The notes under the pieces: generated by a model
The model's database searches: none
What the model was told of the DNA's origin: nothing
Seen by the model: only the letters and a program-made list of their open reading frames with translations
Position numbers and translations under genes: made by a program
In this document: positions 17,758-27,358 of the stretch, piece by piece
Layout of the letters: the number at the start of each line of letters is the position of its first letter
Numbering within the stretch: position 1 is the first letter of the stretch
From: an uncultured Gammaproteobacteria bacterium
Lineage (GTDB): Bacteria; Patescibacteriota; Patescibacteriia; Patescibacteriales; UBA12465
DNA: 64,000 nucleotides
Direction: 5' to 3'
NCBI GenBank assembly: GCA_964435515.1
Contig: CAYSZD010000002.1
Location: 25,042 to 89,041 of the forward strand

Positions 17758-20181
17758 TTAAACTACAAAATTAATTAATTTTCCAGGAACAAAAATACTT
17801 TTTTTGATTTCTTGTCCTTCTAACCATTTACTAACTTCTGCTTTAGCAGCTTCCACCACTTCTGCCTCTAGCGCATCACGAGCGTAACTCAAATTAGCAC
17901 GCAATTTACCATTAACTTGAATAACATAAGTGACAAGTTCATCTTGTAACAGAGAATCACTGTAGATAGGCCAAGTAGATTTAAAAATGCTACTTTTTTC
18001 ACCTAATTTTTCCCATAATTCCTCACTTAAATGAGGAGCGAAAGGAGATAGAATTTGTAAGAACTTTTTTAATTCTGATAGAGACAGAGCTAAACTATTA
18101 TGCTCTTTCATATAATCAACTAAATGATTAACTAAAATCATCATCGCTGAAACAGCGGTGTTAAAATGAAAGTCTTCAATATCTTCCGTTACTTTTTTAA
18201 TTGTTTTATGAAGCAGGCTTAAACTCTGTTTATCTTCTTTAATTGTTATATTTAAATCATTAAATAATCCATAGGTCTTATCTAAAAATTTACGTGCCCC
18301 TACTAGACCGTTAGTATTCCAAGCAGCCGCCTGATCAAATGGACCCATAAACATTTCGTAGACCCTTAAAGCATCGGCTCCATAACGATGTACCATATCA
18401 TCCGGATTAATAACATTGTCCCATCTCTTACTCATTTTTCTGCCATCTTCTCCCATAATTAAACCAACATGTCGTAATTTCTGAAAAGGTTCTATCTGAC
18501 TAACAACTCCCAGGTCATATAAAAATTTATGCCAGAAACGAGCATATATTAAATGTCTAGTAGCATGCTCGGCTCCACCAACATACAAATCAACTGGTGA
18601 CCAATATTCCTCTTTATTTTTACTTACTAATTCTTGATCATTTTCCGGATCCATATAACGCAAATAATACCAACAGGATCCTCCCCATTGAGGCATAGTA
18701 TTTGTTTCTCTTTTAGCTGGACCCTTACATTTTGGACAAGTAGTATTAACCCATTGAGTTATAGCGGCTAAAGGAGATTCACCAGTACCGGTCGGCTCAT
18801 AGCTTTGAACATCTGGAAGAATAAGGGGTAGATTTTCTTCTGGCACAGCCACTACTCCGCATTTATCACAATGAATTAAAGGAATTGGCTCCCCCCAATA
18901 ACGCTGGCGAGAATAGACCCAATCTTTTAGCTTATAATTTACCTTTTCTCTACCTTGATTATTTTGCTTTAAATATTCGAGCATCTTTATTCTAGCTTCC
19001 TCGCTCTTGAGTCCAGAAAATTTACCAGAGTTAAATAATTCCCCTTCTTCAGTATAAACTTCATCGATGTTATTATTTTTTTCTGACAAATCTTTAATAA
19101 CCCTTTTAATTTCTAAAGAATATTTTTGCGCAAAATCCCAATCTCTTTCATCATGAGCCGGCACTGCCATAACCGCACCTGTGCCATAGGCATTTAGAAC
19201 ATAATCAGCTATATAAATAGCTAATTTTTCTTTATTAAACGGATTGATAGCAAAAACGCCATCGAGTAAAACACCATTTTTTTCTTTATTAAGATCACCC
19301 CTTTGCATATCCGTCTTATTCTTTGTTTCTTCAATATAGGCAGCAACTTTTTCCCAATTATTAATTTTATCAGCTAGTTTTGCTACTAAATCATTTTCTG
19401 GAGCTAAGACTAAATAAGTACAACCAAAAATGGTATCTAAACGAGTGGTAAAAACAGTTATTTTTTCCTGTGTTTCTAAAATAGGAAAATCTATTTCAAT
19501 TCCCTCACTACGACCAATCCAATGTCTTTGCATGTCTTTGATAGATTCCTCCCAATCAGTTAAAGACTCTAAATCATTTAACAATCTATCAGCATAATCA
19601 GTTATTTTTAACACCCATTGTCTTAATGGTTTTTGTTCCACTAAACTTCCACAACGCTCACACTTACCATCTTCTAAATCTTCATTAGCTAAACCAGTGC
19701 GACAAGAAGGACACCAATTAATAGGAGCATGTGATTCATAGGCCAACCCTTTCTTCCACATTTGTAGAAAAATCCACTGTGTCCATTTATAATAACTTGG
19801 ATCAGTGGTATTTACCTGTCTATCCCAGTCATAGGAAAAACCAAGTATATCTAATTGCTCACGATAACGCACAATATTTTTTTCCATTGCCAATCGTGGA
19901 TGTATCTTATTTTTAATAGCATAATTTTCGGCTGGTAAACCAAAAGCGTCCCAACCCATAGGATGAAGAACATTATAGCCCTGCATAATACGCATACGAC
20001 TAATAATATCAGTAGCAATATAGCCCTTTGGATGACCAACGTGCAATCCTTGACCAGAAGGATAGGGAAACATATCTAAAATATATTCCTTCTTCTTATT
20101 ACTATCTTCTCCAGTCTTATATAAGGCTGTTTCTTGCCAATGCTTTTGCCATTTTTTTTCTACAAAAGTGTGATTATACAT
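17758..20181 (-). CDS. leuS: Leucine--tRNA ligase
   Basis: 807 aa; PYPSGQGLHVGHPKGY (HIGH region), KMSKR (KMSKS), and the Cys-rich Zn and editing-domain layout typical of LeuS. Confidence 0.95.
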   Translation of the reverse strand: MYNHTFVEKKWQKHWQETALYKTGEDSNKKKEYILDMFPYPSGQGLHVGHPKGYIATDIISRMRIMQGYNVLHPMGWDAFGLPAENYAIKNKIHPRLAMEKNIVRYREQLDILGFSYDWDRQVNTTDPSYYKWTQWIFLQMWKKGLAYESHAPINWCPSCRTGLANEDLEDGKCERCGSLVEQKPLRQWVLKITDYADRLLNDLESLTDWEESIKDMQRHWIGRSEGIEIDFPILETQEKITVFTTRLDTIFGCTYLVLAPENDLVAKLADKINNWEKVAAYIEETKNKTDMQRGDLNKEKNGVLLDGVFAINPFNKEKLAIYIADYVLNAYGTGAVMAVPAHDERDWDFAQKYSLEIKRVIKDLSEKNNNIDEVYTEEGELFNSGKFSGLKSEEARIKMLEYLKQNNQGREKVNYKLKDWVYSRQRYWGEPIPLIHCDKCGVVAVPEENLPLILPDVQSYEPTGTGESPLAAITQWVNTTCPKCKGPAKRETNTMPQWGGSCWYYLRYMDPENDQELVSKNKEEYWSPVDLYVGGAEHATRHLIYARFWHKFLYDLGVVSQIEPFQKLRHVGLIMGEDGRKMSKRWDNVINPDDMVHRYGADALRVYEMFMGPFDQAAAWNTNGLVGARKFLDKTYGLFNDLNITIKEDKQSLSLLHKTIKKVTEDIEDFHFNTAVSAMMILVNHLVDYMKEHNSLALSLSELKKFLQILSPFAPHLSEELWEKLGEKSSIFKSTWPIYSDSLLQDELVTYVIQVNGKLRANLSYARDALEAEVVEAAKAEVSKWLEGQEIKKSIFVPGKLINFVV

Positions 20182-20199
20182 AAATAATAAAATAATAAA

Positions 20200-20961
20200 T
20201 TATAGCTCTATTACAACAGGTGCATGATCTGAACCAAATATTTGATCTAAAATATAAGCTTTCTTTAGGCAACTCTTTAGCTTAGAGGAAATCACAAAAT
20301 AGTCAATGCGCCAACCCACATTTCTTGCTCTAGCCCCTGCCCTAAAACTCCACCATGAATACTGCACTTTTTCTTGATTTAATAGACGAAAACTATCAAT
20401 ATAACCAGCTTGAAGGAGTTGATGAAACCAAGCCCTCTCTTCTTTAGTAAAGCCAGCCGCACCCTCATTTGCCTTAGGACGAGCTAAATCAATCTCTTGA
20501 TGTGCGACATTAAAATCTCCAGTAATTATAACTGGCTTCTTTTTTTCTAATTTTAAAATATGCTTTAATAGAGCCTCATTAAAACCCTGCTTATAACTCA
20601 ATCTAGATAATTCTTGATTAGCATTAGGAAAATATACATTTAGTAAATAATAGTCTTGCATTTCTAATACCTGGACTCTGCCCTCAGCGTCATACTCATC
20701 ATGAGAAAATCCATTACTAACATCCACATATTCCACTCCTTCTTTTATCAGTATAGCTGTACCACTATAGCCAGGTCTCTTAGCGCCATGCCAATAATTA
20801 TAATAATCAGCAATTGATAAATCCAACTTCTCTCTAGTCTCGTCAGCAATTTTTATTTCCTGTAAACATAAAATATCTGGTTTTTCACTAGCTAAAAAGT
20901 CCAAGAAATTCTTCCCCAAAGCCGCTCTTATTCCATTGATGTTCCAAGAAATTATTTTCAT
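20200..20961 (-). CDS. xth: Exodeoxyribonuclease III (AP endonuclease)
   Basis: MKIISWNINGIRA start, LCLQE, GDFNVAH, and the C-terminal SDHAPV motif. The track ORF adds 10 upstream codons that are probably not translated. Confidence 0.9.
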   Translation of the reverse strand: MKIISWNINGIRAALGKNFLDFLASEKPDILCLQEIKIADETREKLDLSIADYYNYWHGAKRPGYSGTAILIKEGVEYVDVSNGFSHDEYDAEGRVQVLEMQDYYLLNVYFPNANQELSRLSYKQGFNEALLKHILKLEKKKPVIITGDFNVAHQEIDLARPKANEGAAGFTKEERAWFHQLLQAGYIDSFRLLNQEKVQYSWWSFRAGARARNVGWRIDYFVISSKLKSCLKKAYILDQIFGSDHAPVVIEL

Positions 20962-21081
20962 AAACAATCTATTCATTAACAGCTCATTCAAATAGCCACA
21001 AAAAAGCTAATATGTTATAATATGTTTAAATGAATAATAAACTAAGTATAAGATAAATATTATCTTTTTTCAACTAATAAT

Positions 21082-21837
21082 ATGAGCTTAGATGAACGTG
21101 TAAACTATTTAAAAATGAAGGAAAAATACAAAAATAAACTCAAACCATGGTATAAAAAATGGTGGGGAATAATTTTTATTATTATAATTACCCTTATTAT
21201 TGCCGCTATCATCACTTCTGCTATTTACGTTATAAAACAAGTCAAAGAAATACGAAGCGGTCAATCTGAACTTGCCAATACAGAAGAATTAGCAAAAATT
21301 ACTGCTGCTATTGATGGTAATGGCGAACACTATAGTCTTGGCTCTATTAACGCCCCTGTGCAAATAATGGTTTTCTCTGATTACGCCTGCCCTTACTGCA
21401 AAGAATCAATGCCAATTATATATAGTCTTGCTAAAAAATATCCTAGTGAAATTAGAATAACCATGAGGGATTATCCTGCTCTTGGTTCAAATTCTATTAA
21501 TCTGGCTCTAGCTGCTCATTGCGCCGGAGAACAAAATAATTTTTGGCAAATGCATGATAAATTATTTGAAAATCAAGACGCCCTACTTATAATTGATGAA
21601 TCTTCAATTGACAGTGAATTAAAGAAAATTGCTAGCAACATTAATCTTAATCAAGAAACATTTGCTAGTTGTCTAGATGAAAAAAAATATTTATATAGAC
21701 TTAACGACGATTTTGCCGATGCTGAATTTTTAGGAGTATCCGGCACACCAACCTGGTTTATTAACCGCTACAAAATTACTGGTTTATATGCTGAAGAAAA
21801 TTTTAGCAGCCTAATTGAAGGCCTCTTGGTTCAATAA
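21082..21837 (+). CDS. Membrane-anchored DsbA-family thiol:disulfide oxidoreductase
   Basis: N-terminal TM helix (WWGIIFIIIITLIIAAIITSAIYVI) and thioredoxin-fold active site ACPYC. The stop abuts the porG start (21839). Confidence 0.8.
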   Translation: MSLDERVNYLKMKEKYKNKLKPWYKKWWGIIFIIIITLIIAAIITSAIYVIKQVKEIRSGQSELANTEELAKITAAIDGNGEHYSLGSINAPVQIMVFSDYACPYCKESMPIIYSLAKKYPSEIRITMRDYPALGSNSINLALAAHCAGEQNNFWQMHDKLFENQDALLIIDESSIDSELKKIASNINLNQETFASCLDEKKYLYRLNDDFADAEFLGVSGTPTWFINRYKITGLYAEENFSSLIEGLLVQ

Positions 21838-21838
21838 T

Positions 21839-22399
21839 ATGATTAGTATTAGAATTCATGGAAGAGGAGGACAAGGCACTATCGCAGCCGCAGAATTAAT
21901 TGCTTTAACTGCTTTTTATCAAAACTTATACGCTCAATCCCTACCCTTTTTTGGCGTCGAAAGAAGTGGCGCGCCTATACAGGCTTTTGTTCGTATTAAT
22001 AATCTACCTATCATTACTCATTCTCAAGCCAATGAACCAGATTATTTAATTATTCAAGACGACAGTTTGCTCAGTGATAAAGCTATTTGGAAGGGTCTAG
22101 ATAAAAACACTAAAATCCTTATCAACACTACTAAGGCTGATAAAGAAATAAAGAAAGAAATTCCGACTCTATTTAAAAAAAATGAAATAACTGTCATTAA
22201 TGCCACCCAAATAGCCCTTGATCATTTACGCAAAAATATTATTAACACTGCTCTTTTAGGTGCTTTTAGTGCTAAATATAGTTTAATTAATAAAGATAAG
22301 GCGCTGATGTCTATCCATAATAAATTTAGTGATAAAGGCAGGGGCACAATTAAGCTAAACCAAAAAATATTTATCACCGCTTATGAACAAACAAAGTAA
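21839..22399 (+). CDS. porG: Pyruvate/2-oxoacid:ferredoxin oxidoreductase, gamma subunit
   Basis: IRIHGRGGQGTIAAAELIA N-terminal motif; the size fits the gamma subunit. Start is taken at MISIRIHG; the track ORF starts at 21815. Confidence 0.85.
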   Translation: MISIRIHGRGGQGTIAAAELIALTAFYQNLYAQSLPFFGVERSGAPIQAFVRINNLPIITHSQANEPDYLIIQDDSLLSDKAIWKGLDKNTKILINTTKADKEIKKEIPTLFKKNEITVINATQIALDHLRKNIINTALLGAFSAKYSLINKDKALMSIHNKFSDKGRGTIKLNQKIFITAYEQTK

Positions 22400-22667
22400 A
22401 AAAAATATTAGTCGTCGTCCTATCACAAGCCCTGGATCAGCAATGGAAAACAAGACTGGTCACTGGCGCAATGAACATCCAGAAATTGATAAGCATAAAT
22501 GTATTGCTTGTTCTTTGTGTGCTAAATTATGTCCTGATAATTGTATCTATATGAAAGAAGCTAAAAATGGACGACTTATTGCTGAGCCAGATTTAGACTA
22601 TTGCAAAGGTTGTGGCATCTGTGCCTCTGAGTGCCCAGTTAAGGCTATTAGAATGCTAAGAGATTAA
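22383..22667 (+). CDS. porD: Pyruvate/2-oxoacid:ferredoxin oxidoreductase, delta subunit (2x[4Fe-4S])
   Basis: Two ferredoxin Cys clusters, CIACSLCAKLCP and CKGCGICASECP. Overlaps the porG end. Confidence 0.85.
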   Translation: MNKQSKKNISRRPITSPGSAMENKTGHWRNEHPEIDKHKCIACSLCAKLCPDNCIYMKEAKNGRLIAEPDLDYCKGCGICASECPVKAIRMLRD

Positions 22668-22674
22668 AATAAAT

Positions 22675-23829
22675 ATGATAAATAAGAATAAGAATCAATT
22701 TTTAGAAGGCTCTCGAGCTATTGCCATGACAATTGCTAATATTCAGCCAGACCTTGTTTCTGCCTATCCAATTACCCCTCAAACTCATATTGTCGAAGAA
22801 TTGGCTCGCCTAAAAGAAATAGGTCAAGCTAAATATGAATACATTAGAGCTGAAAGTGAATTTGCGGCTGCTTCTATATTAGTAGGAGCTAGTGCTGCTG
22901 GTGGTCGTACCTATAGCGCTACCAGCTCCCAAGGAGTGCTACTGATGATGGAAGTACTATACAATGCCTCTGGATTACGATTACCCATTGTTATGACCAT
23001 AGCCAATCGAGCTATCAGTGCTCCTATAAATATATTTAATGACCATAGCGATGCTATGGCCATGAAAGACTCTGGCTGGCTCATGCTATTTGCAGAAAAT
23101 CACCAAGAAGCTGTTGATTTACATATCATTGCCTATAAACTAGCCGAGCAATTAGAACTGCCAGTCGCAGTCAATGTAGATGGCTTCATCATTACTCATT
23201 CCTATGAAAATGTTTTGCTAGCAGATAAGAAAACCATTCAATCCTATCTACCTAAATATAAGCCCGTCCCTAATAGTTTTTTAGATGCAAAACATCCAAT
23301 CACTCTGGGCGGATATTTTTCTCCTGAACACTATCATCAGTCCAGACAAGACTTAAATAAAGATATACAAAATTCTCAAAAAAATATTAGTCAAGAATTT
23401 AAAGCTTGGCAAAAAATTTTTCCATCACCTAAAACTATTAAAGCTAAATTTGATAATGGGCTAATAGAATATTGTGGTCCCCAAAAAGCCAAAACTATTA
23501 TTATTGCCATGGGGTCTGTATGTGGAACTATTAAAGAAGCTATTAAAGATAATAAGGATTGTGGATTAATAAAAATAAGAAGCTTTAGACCATTTCCACA
23601 AACAAGTTTAAATAAAATTATTCCACATAATTGCCAACTAGCAATTTTAGAAAAAAATAGTCCAGTTAGTAATTATGGTCCACTCTATCAAGAAACAATC
23701 TCATCTTTAAAAGATTTTAAAGGCATTGCTAGTAATCATATTATTGGTTTAGGTGGTAAAGACGTGAATGAAAAAGATATTAAACATATTATTAAAGCCA
23801 GTAATAAAAGCGGGCTTAGATTTTGGTAA
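22675..23829 (+). CDS. porA: Pyruvate/2-oxoacid:ferredoxin oxidoreductase, alpha subunit
   Basis: 384 aa; N-terminus FLEGSRAIAMT...AYPITPQT is typical of PorA/KorA. Confidence 0.9.
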   Translation: MINKNKNQFLEGSRAIAMTIANIQPDLVSAYPITPQTHIVEELARLKEIGQAKYEYIRAESEFAAASILVGASAAGGRTYSATSSQGVLLMMEVLYNASGLRLPIVMTIANRAISAPINIFNDHSDAMAMKDSGWLMLFAENHQEAVDLHIIAYKLAEQLELPVAVNVDGFIITHSYENVLLADKKTIQSYLPKYKPVPNSFLDAKHPITLGGYFSPEHYHQSRQDLNKDIQNSQKNISQEFKAWQKIFPSPKTIKAKFDNGLIEYCGPQKAKTIIIAMGSVCGTIKEAIKDNKDCGLIKIRSFRPFPQTSLNKIIPHNCQLAILEKNSPVSNYGPLYQETISSLKDFKGIASNHIIGLGGKDVNEKDIKHIIKASNKSGLRFW

Positions 23830-23835
23830 AAATAT

Positions 23836-24672
23836 ATGAAAATAAATCACTTACTAAAAAAAATTATCTTTCTCAGTTTTTTTCTTTCTCTCTTTTTTAT
23901 TTGTGCCTTAGAAAATGCTAATGCTGTCGGTGTTAATGAGCCTTTAAAATTTCAACCACAAACCACTATTCCTAATCTATGGACCAAGGGCACTGAGGTG
24001 ACTTTAGAAAAAAGTGATACCAGTGTAATTGCTAGCATGATTAAAGGTTTCTATAACTATGGTATTGGCATCGCTGGCATCTTAGCCGCTATTATGCTAA
24101 TGGCGGGAGGTATTATCTGGCTCACCTCAGCTGGTAGTAGCGAAAAAGTATCTCAAGCTAAAAATTTATTAGGAGGAAGCGTTATTGGCTTAGTAATACT
24201 CTTTGGCTCCTGGATAATGCTTAGAACTATTAACCCTGCTTTAGTTGATTTTAGGATTCAAGATGTAAAACCAATAGATAATATAAAAATTGGCTCTTGC
24301 TGTGAATATAATTTTACAAAACCAGCTAAAGAGAATGTATCCCAAAAAGACTGTTTAAATGATGGCGGAACATTCTTTGCAAAAGCTAAAGTTCTAGAAA
24401 ATACTAATTCCAACCTCAATATTTGTGTCGATAGCGGTTGTTGCAAGTGTAAAATAGGCGGCTCATTTAACACTTTATGGGCTTCTGATTCTAACTGCAT
24501 AGACGAAAATACAGAAGGTAATAAAGTTTTACCAGATACTTGTGCGTACGCTTGTGAAGTGGCTGGCAAGGCGCACAATTTACCATATGAAAGCCTTTTT
24601 AGTTGGGGAAAGGTTTGCAGCGATTCTGGAGAATGCACCTTTAGTAACGGGGGGGCTAGTAGTGAATGGTAA
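23836..24672 (+). CDS. Secreted protein: signal peptide, TrbC/VirB2-like two-helix pilin hairpin, C-terminal Cys-rich domain
   Basis: Signal peptide IIFLSFFLSLFFICALENANA. Hairpin GIAGILAAIMLMAGGIIWLTSAGSSEKVSQAKNLLGGSVIGLVILFGSWIMLRTINP (nt ~24058-24256). The tail has CC and CCKC clusters. Lies 6 nt after porA and overlaps the first possible porB ATG. Confidence 0.8.
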   Translation: MKINHLLKKIIFLSFFLSLFFICALENANAVGVNEPLKFQPQTTIPNLWTKGTEVTLEKSDTSVIASMIKGFYNYGIGIAGILAAIMLMAGGIIWLTSAGSSEKVSQAKNLLGGSVIGLVILFGSWIMLRTINPALVDFRIQDVKPIDNIKIGSCCEYNFTKPAKENVSQKDCLNDGGTFFAKAKVLENTNSNLNICVDSGCCKCKIGGSFNTLWASDSNCIDENTEGNKVLPDTCAYACEVAGKAHNLPYESLFSWGKVCSDSGECTFSNGGASSEW

Positions 24673-25538
24673 ATATATTTAACAATATGCAAAATCAAAT
24701 AAATCAATTTTTTACCTCTGGTCACAACGCCTGTAGTGGCTGCGGACAATTAAGCGCAGTTCAAGCAGTTATGCGAGGACTAACAAAAGATACCATTCTG
24801 GTTAGCTCAACTGGTTGTTTAGAAGTAACCACAACCGCTCACCCTCAAAGTGCTTGGAATTTGGCCTGGTTTCATTCTTTATTTGAAAATGCGGCTCCAA
24901 TAGCTAGTGGCATTAAAGCGGTATTAAATAAAAAGAAGAAAAAAACTAAAGTTGTTGTTCAAGCTGGAGATGGCGCCACTTTTGATATCGGGCTAGGACT
25001 ACTAAGCGGTCTCTGGGAAAGAAATGACGATGTATTATATATCTGCTATGATACTGAAGCCTATTCCAACACTGGCATTCAAGCTTCTGGAGCTACTCCT
25101 TATGGAGCTATGACAAGTACTAGTCCAAGTGGTATAAAACAAAGCAAAAAAGACATGTTAGCCATTGCTCTGTCTCATAAACTAAAATATGTAGCACAAA
25201 GTAGCGCCGGCTTTCCTGATGATATTACCAGAAAGGTAAAGAAAGCCTTAAGTATAACTGGTTCAAGTTATATTCAAATTTTAGCCCCCTGTATTCCCGG
25301 CTGGAAGATAAAAACTAATGAAAGTATTCAAACTGGTAAATTAGCAGTATTGAGCGGACTATATCCTCTGTTTGAATATGAAAATGAAAAACTAGTTAGT
25401 TCTAGTGCTAAGTCTAGTGATAGCGAATTAGTCTTACAATATTTACGCATCCAAGGAAGATTTAAACACCTTCAAGAAAATGATGTAAAAGAAATAATAA
25501 AATTAGCTGAGTTAAATAAGAAAAAATATAAAATATGA
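24666..25538 (+). CDS. porB: Pyruvate/2-oxoacid:ferredoxin oxidoreductase, beta subunit (TPP-binding)
   Basis: SGHNACSGCG Fe-S/TPP region and GDGATFDIGL TPP-binding motif. An alternative start is at 24687. Confidence 0.9.
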   Translation: MVNIFNNMQNQINQFFTSGHNACSGCGQLSAVQAVMRGLTKDTILVSSTGCLEVTTTAHPQSAWNLAWFHSLFENAAPIASGIKAVLNKKKKKTKVVVQAGDGATFDIGLGLLSGLWERNDDVLYICYDTEAYSNTGIQASGATPYGAMTSTSPSGIKQSKKDMLAIALSHKLKYVAQSSAGFPDDITRKVKKALSITGSSYIQILAPCIPGWKIKTNESIQTGKLAVLSGLYPLFEYENEKLVSSSAKSSDSELVLQYLRIQGRFKHLQENDVKEIIKLAELNKKKYKI

Positions 25539-26866
25539 ACAAAGAATTAAACAATATTTTTAAAATACTATTTCTTGCTTCATTTGTATTTCTAATTTTT
25601 ACACCCAAATTAGTGAATGCCAAAGAAACTAAGCTAACAAATTGTAACATAGTATATCTACAAGCTAATACTTCTGGCTCGTTAACATGTTCAAGCAGAG
25701 GCCAAGTTGAATCATACTATCTTAACTGCACTAATGATTCATCGCAGCAACTCACCCTTAATGAAGTTTGTTGTTGTACGCAAAACATAACATATTCGTG
25801 TAATTGGGCGCCTATTAAAAAATCAGGAACCGCTACCAATGAAAACATTGCACCTGAATGTGCTCAAAATGAAAAAGTAGGCAGTGACTGTGATCCCAAT
25901 ACAAAGCCAGAAGCTAAAATGGTGGCCGGAACACTTACTCAACCTTTATGTTGTTGTCCTAGCTCCGGCGGAGGAGCTGACGCTAACTATAGAGCAGATA
26001 TAATCCTTCCCCAACTATCAATAGCTATTGATACTGTTAAGTTGAGCCAGGAGGTATATTGTACTGGAGAAGATAATAGCGGTGATTGCTATTATCCCTG
26101 GATAGCAGAATATATCAATGGTATTTATAAATATGGCTTTGGTGTAGCAGGAATATTAGCAGCTATCATGCTCATGGCCGGTGGTATCATTTGGCTTATA
26201 TCTGCTGGTGATGCCTCTAAAATAACTCAAGCAAAAAATCTTATCACTGGTAGCATTGTTGGCCTAATTATTCTAAGTACTAGTTATATTATTCTGACTA
26301 TGATTAATCCTGATTTAGTAAGCCTAAAAGCTTTAAAGATAGGAGAGATAGAGAGAATAGTTGTTGAAGGTGATTCCTCAGAGCCAATGAACGTTAGTTC
26401 TAATGAAATAGCTAATATACTAGGAATAAAATGTGGTCAAGACAGTGTTGCTCAAATAGTAAATAAATCAAAAGGTAAAATTACTTACAGCAACGAAAAA
26501 AGAGGTCAAAGTGCTGGCAATGGATTAGTCTACTTAGATTGTTCTAGTTTTACTTCATTTGTCCAAGAATGTGCCGGACTACCTTCAGGAGGGACTTATA
26601 CCGGGACTATATTTAAAGACTCAATAATCTTTAACGATCCTGATACTTCTAATCTAAAACCTGGAGATTTAATAGGTTGGGGGCCACAACATAGTGGCGA
26701 CAAAGAAGGTCATGTATTAATTTATTTAGGCAATAAATTATTTGGCGATGTTCATGGCGGTGACTCTGGTCGTGAACCAGGAAATGCTGTTGGCTTATAT
26801 TCTCTAGCGTCCATTAAAGAATCAGCTGCAAGACACAATGTTGATAATTTATATATTAAAAAATAA
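25535..26866 (+). CDS. Secreted protein: N-terminal Cys-rich domain, TrbC/VirB2-like pilin hairpin, C-terminal NlpC/P60-type cell-wall hydrolase
   Basis: Signal peptide ILFLASFVFLIFTPKLVNA. CCC clusters. Hairpin GVAGILAAIMLMAGGIIWLISAGDASKITQAKNLITGSIVGLIILSTSYIILTMINP (nt ~26129-26321), paralogous to the one in 23836-24672. C-terminus has LDCSSFTSF (catalytic-Cys context) and GHVLIYLG (His), as in NlpC/P60. ATGA overlap with the porB stop. Confidence 0.8.
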   Translation: MNKELNNIFKILFLASFVFLIFTPKLVNAKETKLTNCNIVYLQANTSGSLTCSSRGQVESYYLNCTNDSSQQLTLNEVCCCTQNITYSCNWAPIKKSGTATNENIAPECAQNEKVGSDCDPNTKPEAKMVAGTLTQPLCCCPSSGGGADANYRADIILPQLSIAIDTVKLSQEVYCTGEDNSGDCYYPWIAEYINGIYKYGFGVAGILAAIMLMAGGIIWLISAGDASKITQAKNLITGSIVGLIILSTSYIILTMINPDLVSLKALKIGEIERIVVEGDSSEPMNVSSNEIANILGIKCGQDSVAQIVNKSKGKITYSNEKRGQSAGNGLVYLDCSSFTSFVQECAGLPSGGTYTGTIFKDSIIFNDPDTSNLKPGDLIGWGPQHSGDKEGHVLIYLGNKLFGDVHGGDSGREPGNAVGLYSLASIKESAARHNVDNLYIKK

Positions 26867-26881
26867 AAAAATAACATATCT

Positions 26882-26915
26882 AAAAACACCATCTCTTTAA
26901 AAGGTGGTGTTTTTA
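26882..26915. terminator. Bidirectional hairpin terminator between the convergent por string and rnhA
   Basis: AAAAACACCA (26882-26891) pairs with TGGTGTTTTT (26905-26914), with A and T runs on both sides. Confidence 0.5.
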
Positions 26916-26942
26916 TATATACTAAATAAATACTAATCTATT

Positions 26943-27347
26943 TTATAATACAGCCCTATCCATCGCTTCATTAGCTAATCTATCAGCTTCCTTATTCTTC
27001 TCTCTGACAACATGCTCACAACGATATGTTTTAAATTTAGTTAAAAGATTATGTACTTGTAAAAATAAAGGAGCCAATTCTTTATTCTTCACTTTATACT
27101 CCCTACTAATTTGCTTCACTATTAGCTCACTATCTAAAAAACAATGAACTGAATCTGCACCTAGAGCTAATGCTTTTTCTAGTCCTGCTATTAAAGCTTT
27201 ATACTCGGCCTGATTATTAGTGCTTATACCAATATACTCAGAAACTTCAGCTAATACATCTCCTTGCTCAGATTGCAAGAAAGCACCAATACCAGCTGGT
27301 CCTGGATTACCACGAGCCCCACCGTCTGAATGTAAAATAATAGTCAT
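26943..27347 (-). CDS. rnhA: Ribonuclease HI-like protein
   Basis: DGGARGNPGPAGIG, NNQAEYKALI, DSELIVKQ and NKEADRLAN give the DEDD RNase H motif order. Confidence 0.85.
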   Translation of the reverse strand: MTIILHSDGGARGNPGPAGIGAFLQSEQGDVLAEVSEYIGISTNNQAEYKALIAGLEKALALGADSVHCFLDSELIVKQISREYKVKNKELAPLFLQVHNLLTKFKTYRCEHVVREKNKEADRLANEAMDRAVL

Positions 27348-27358
27348 ATATTTATATA

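Noticed and set aside
24258-24749. 163-aa minus-strand ORF across the X/porB junction
   Set aside because: It is antisense to two well-supported plus-strand genes (a conserved pilin hairpin paralog and porB motifs), and its own sequence has no recognisable features.
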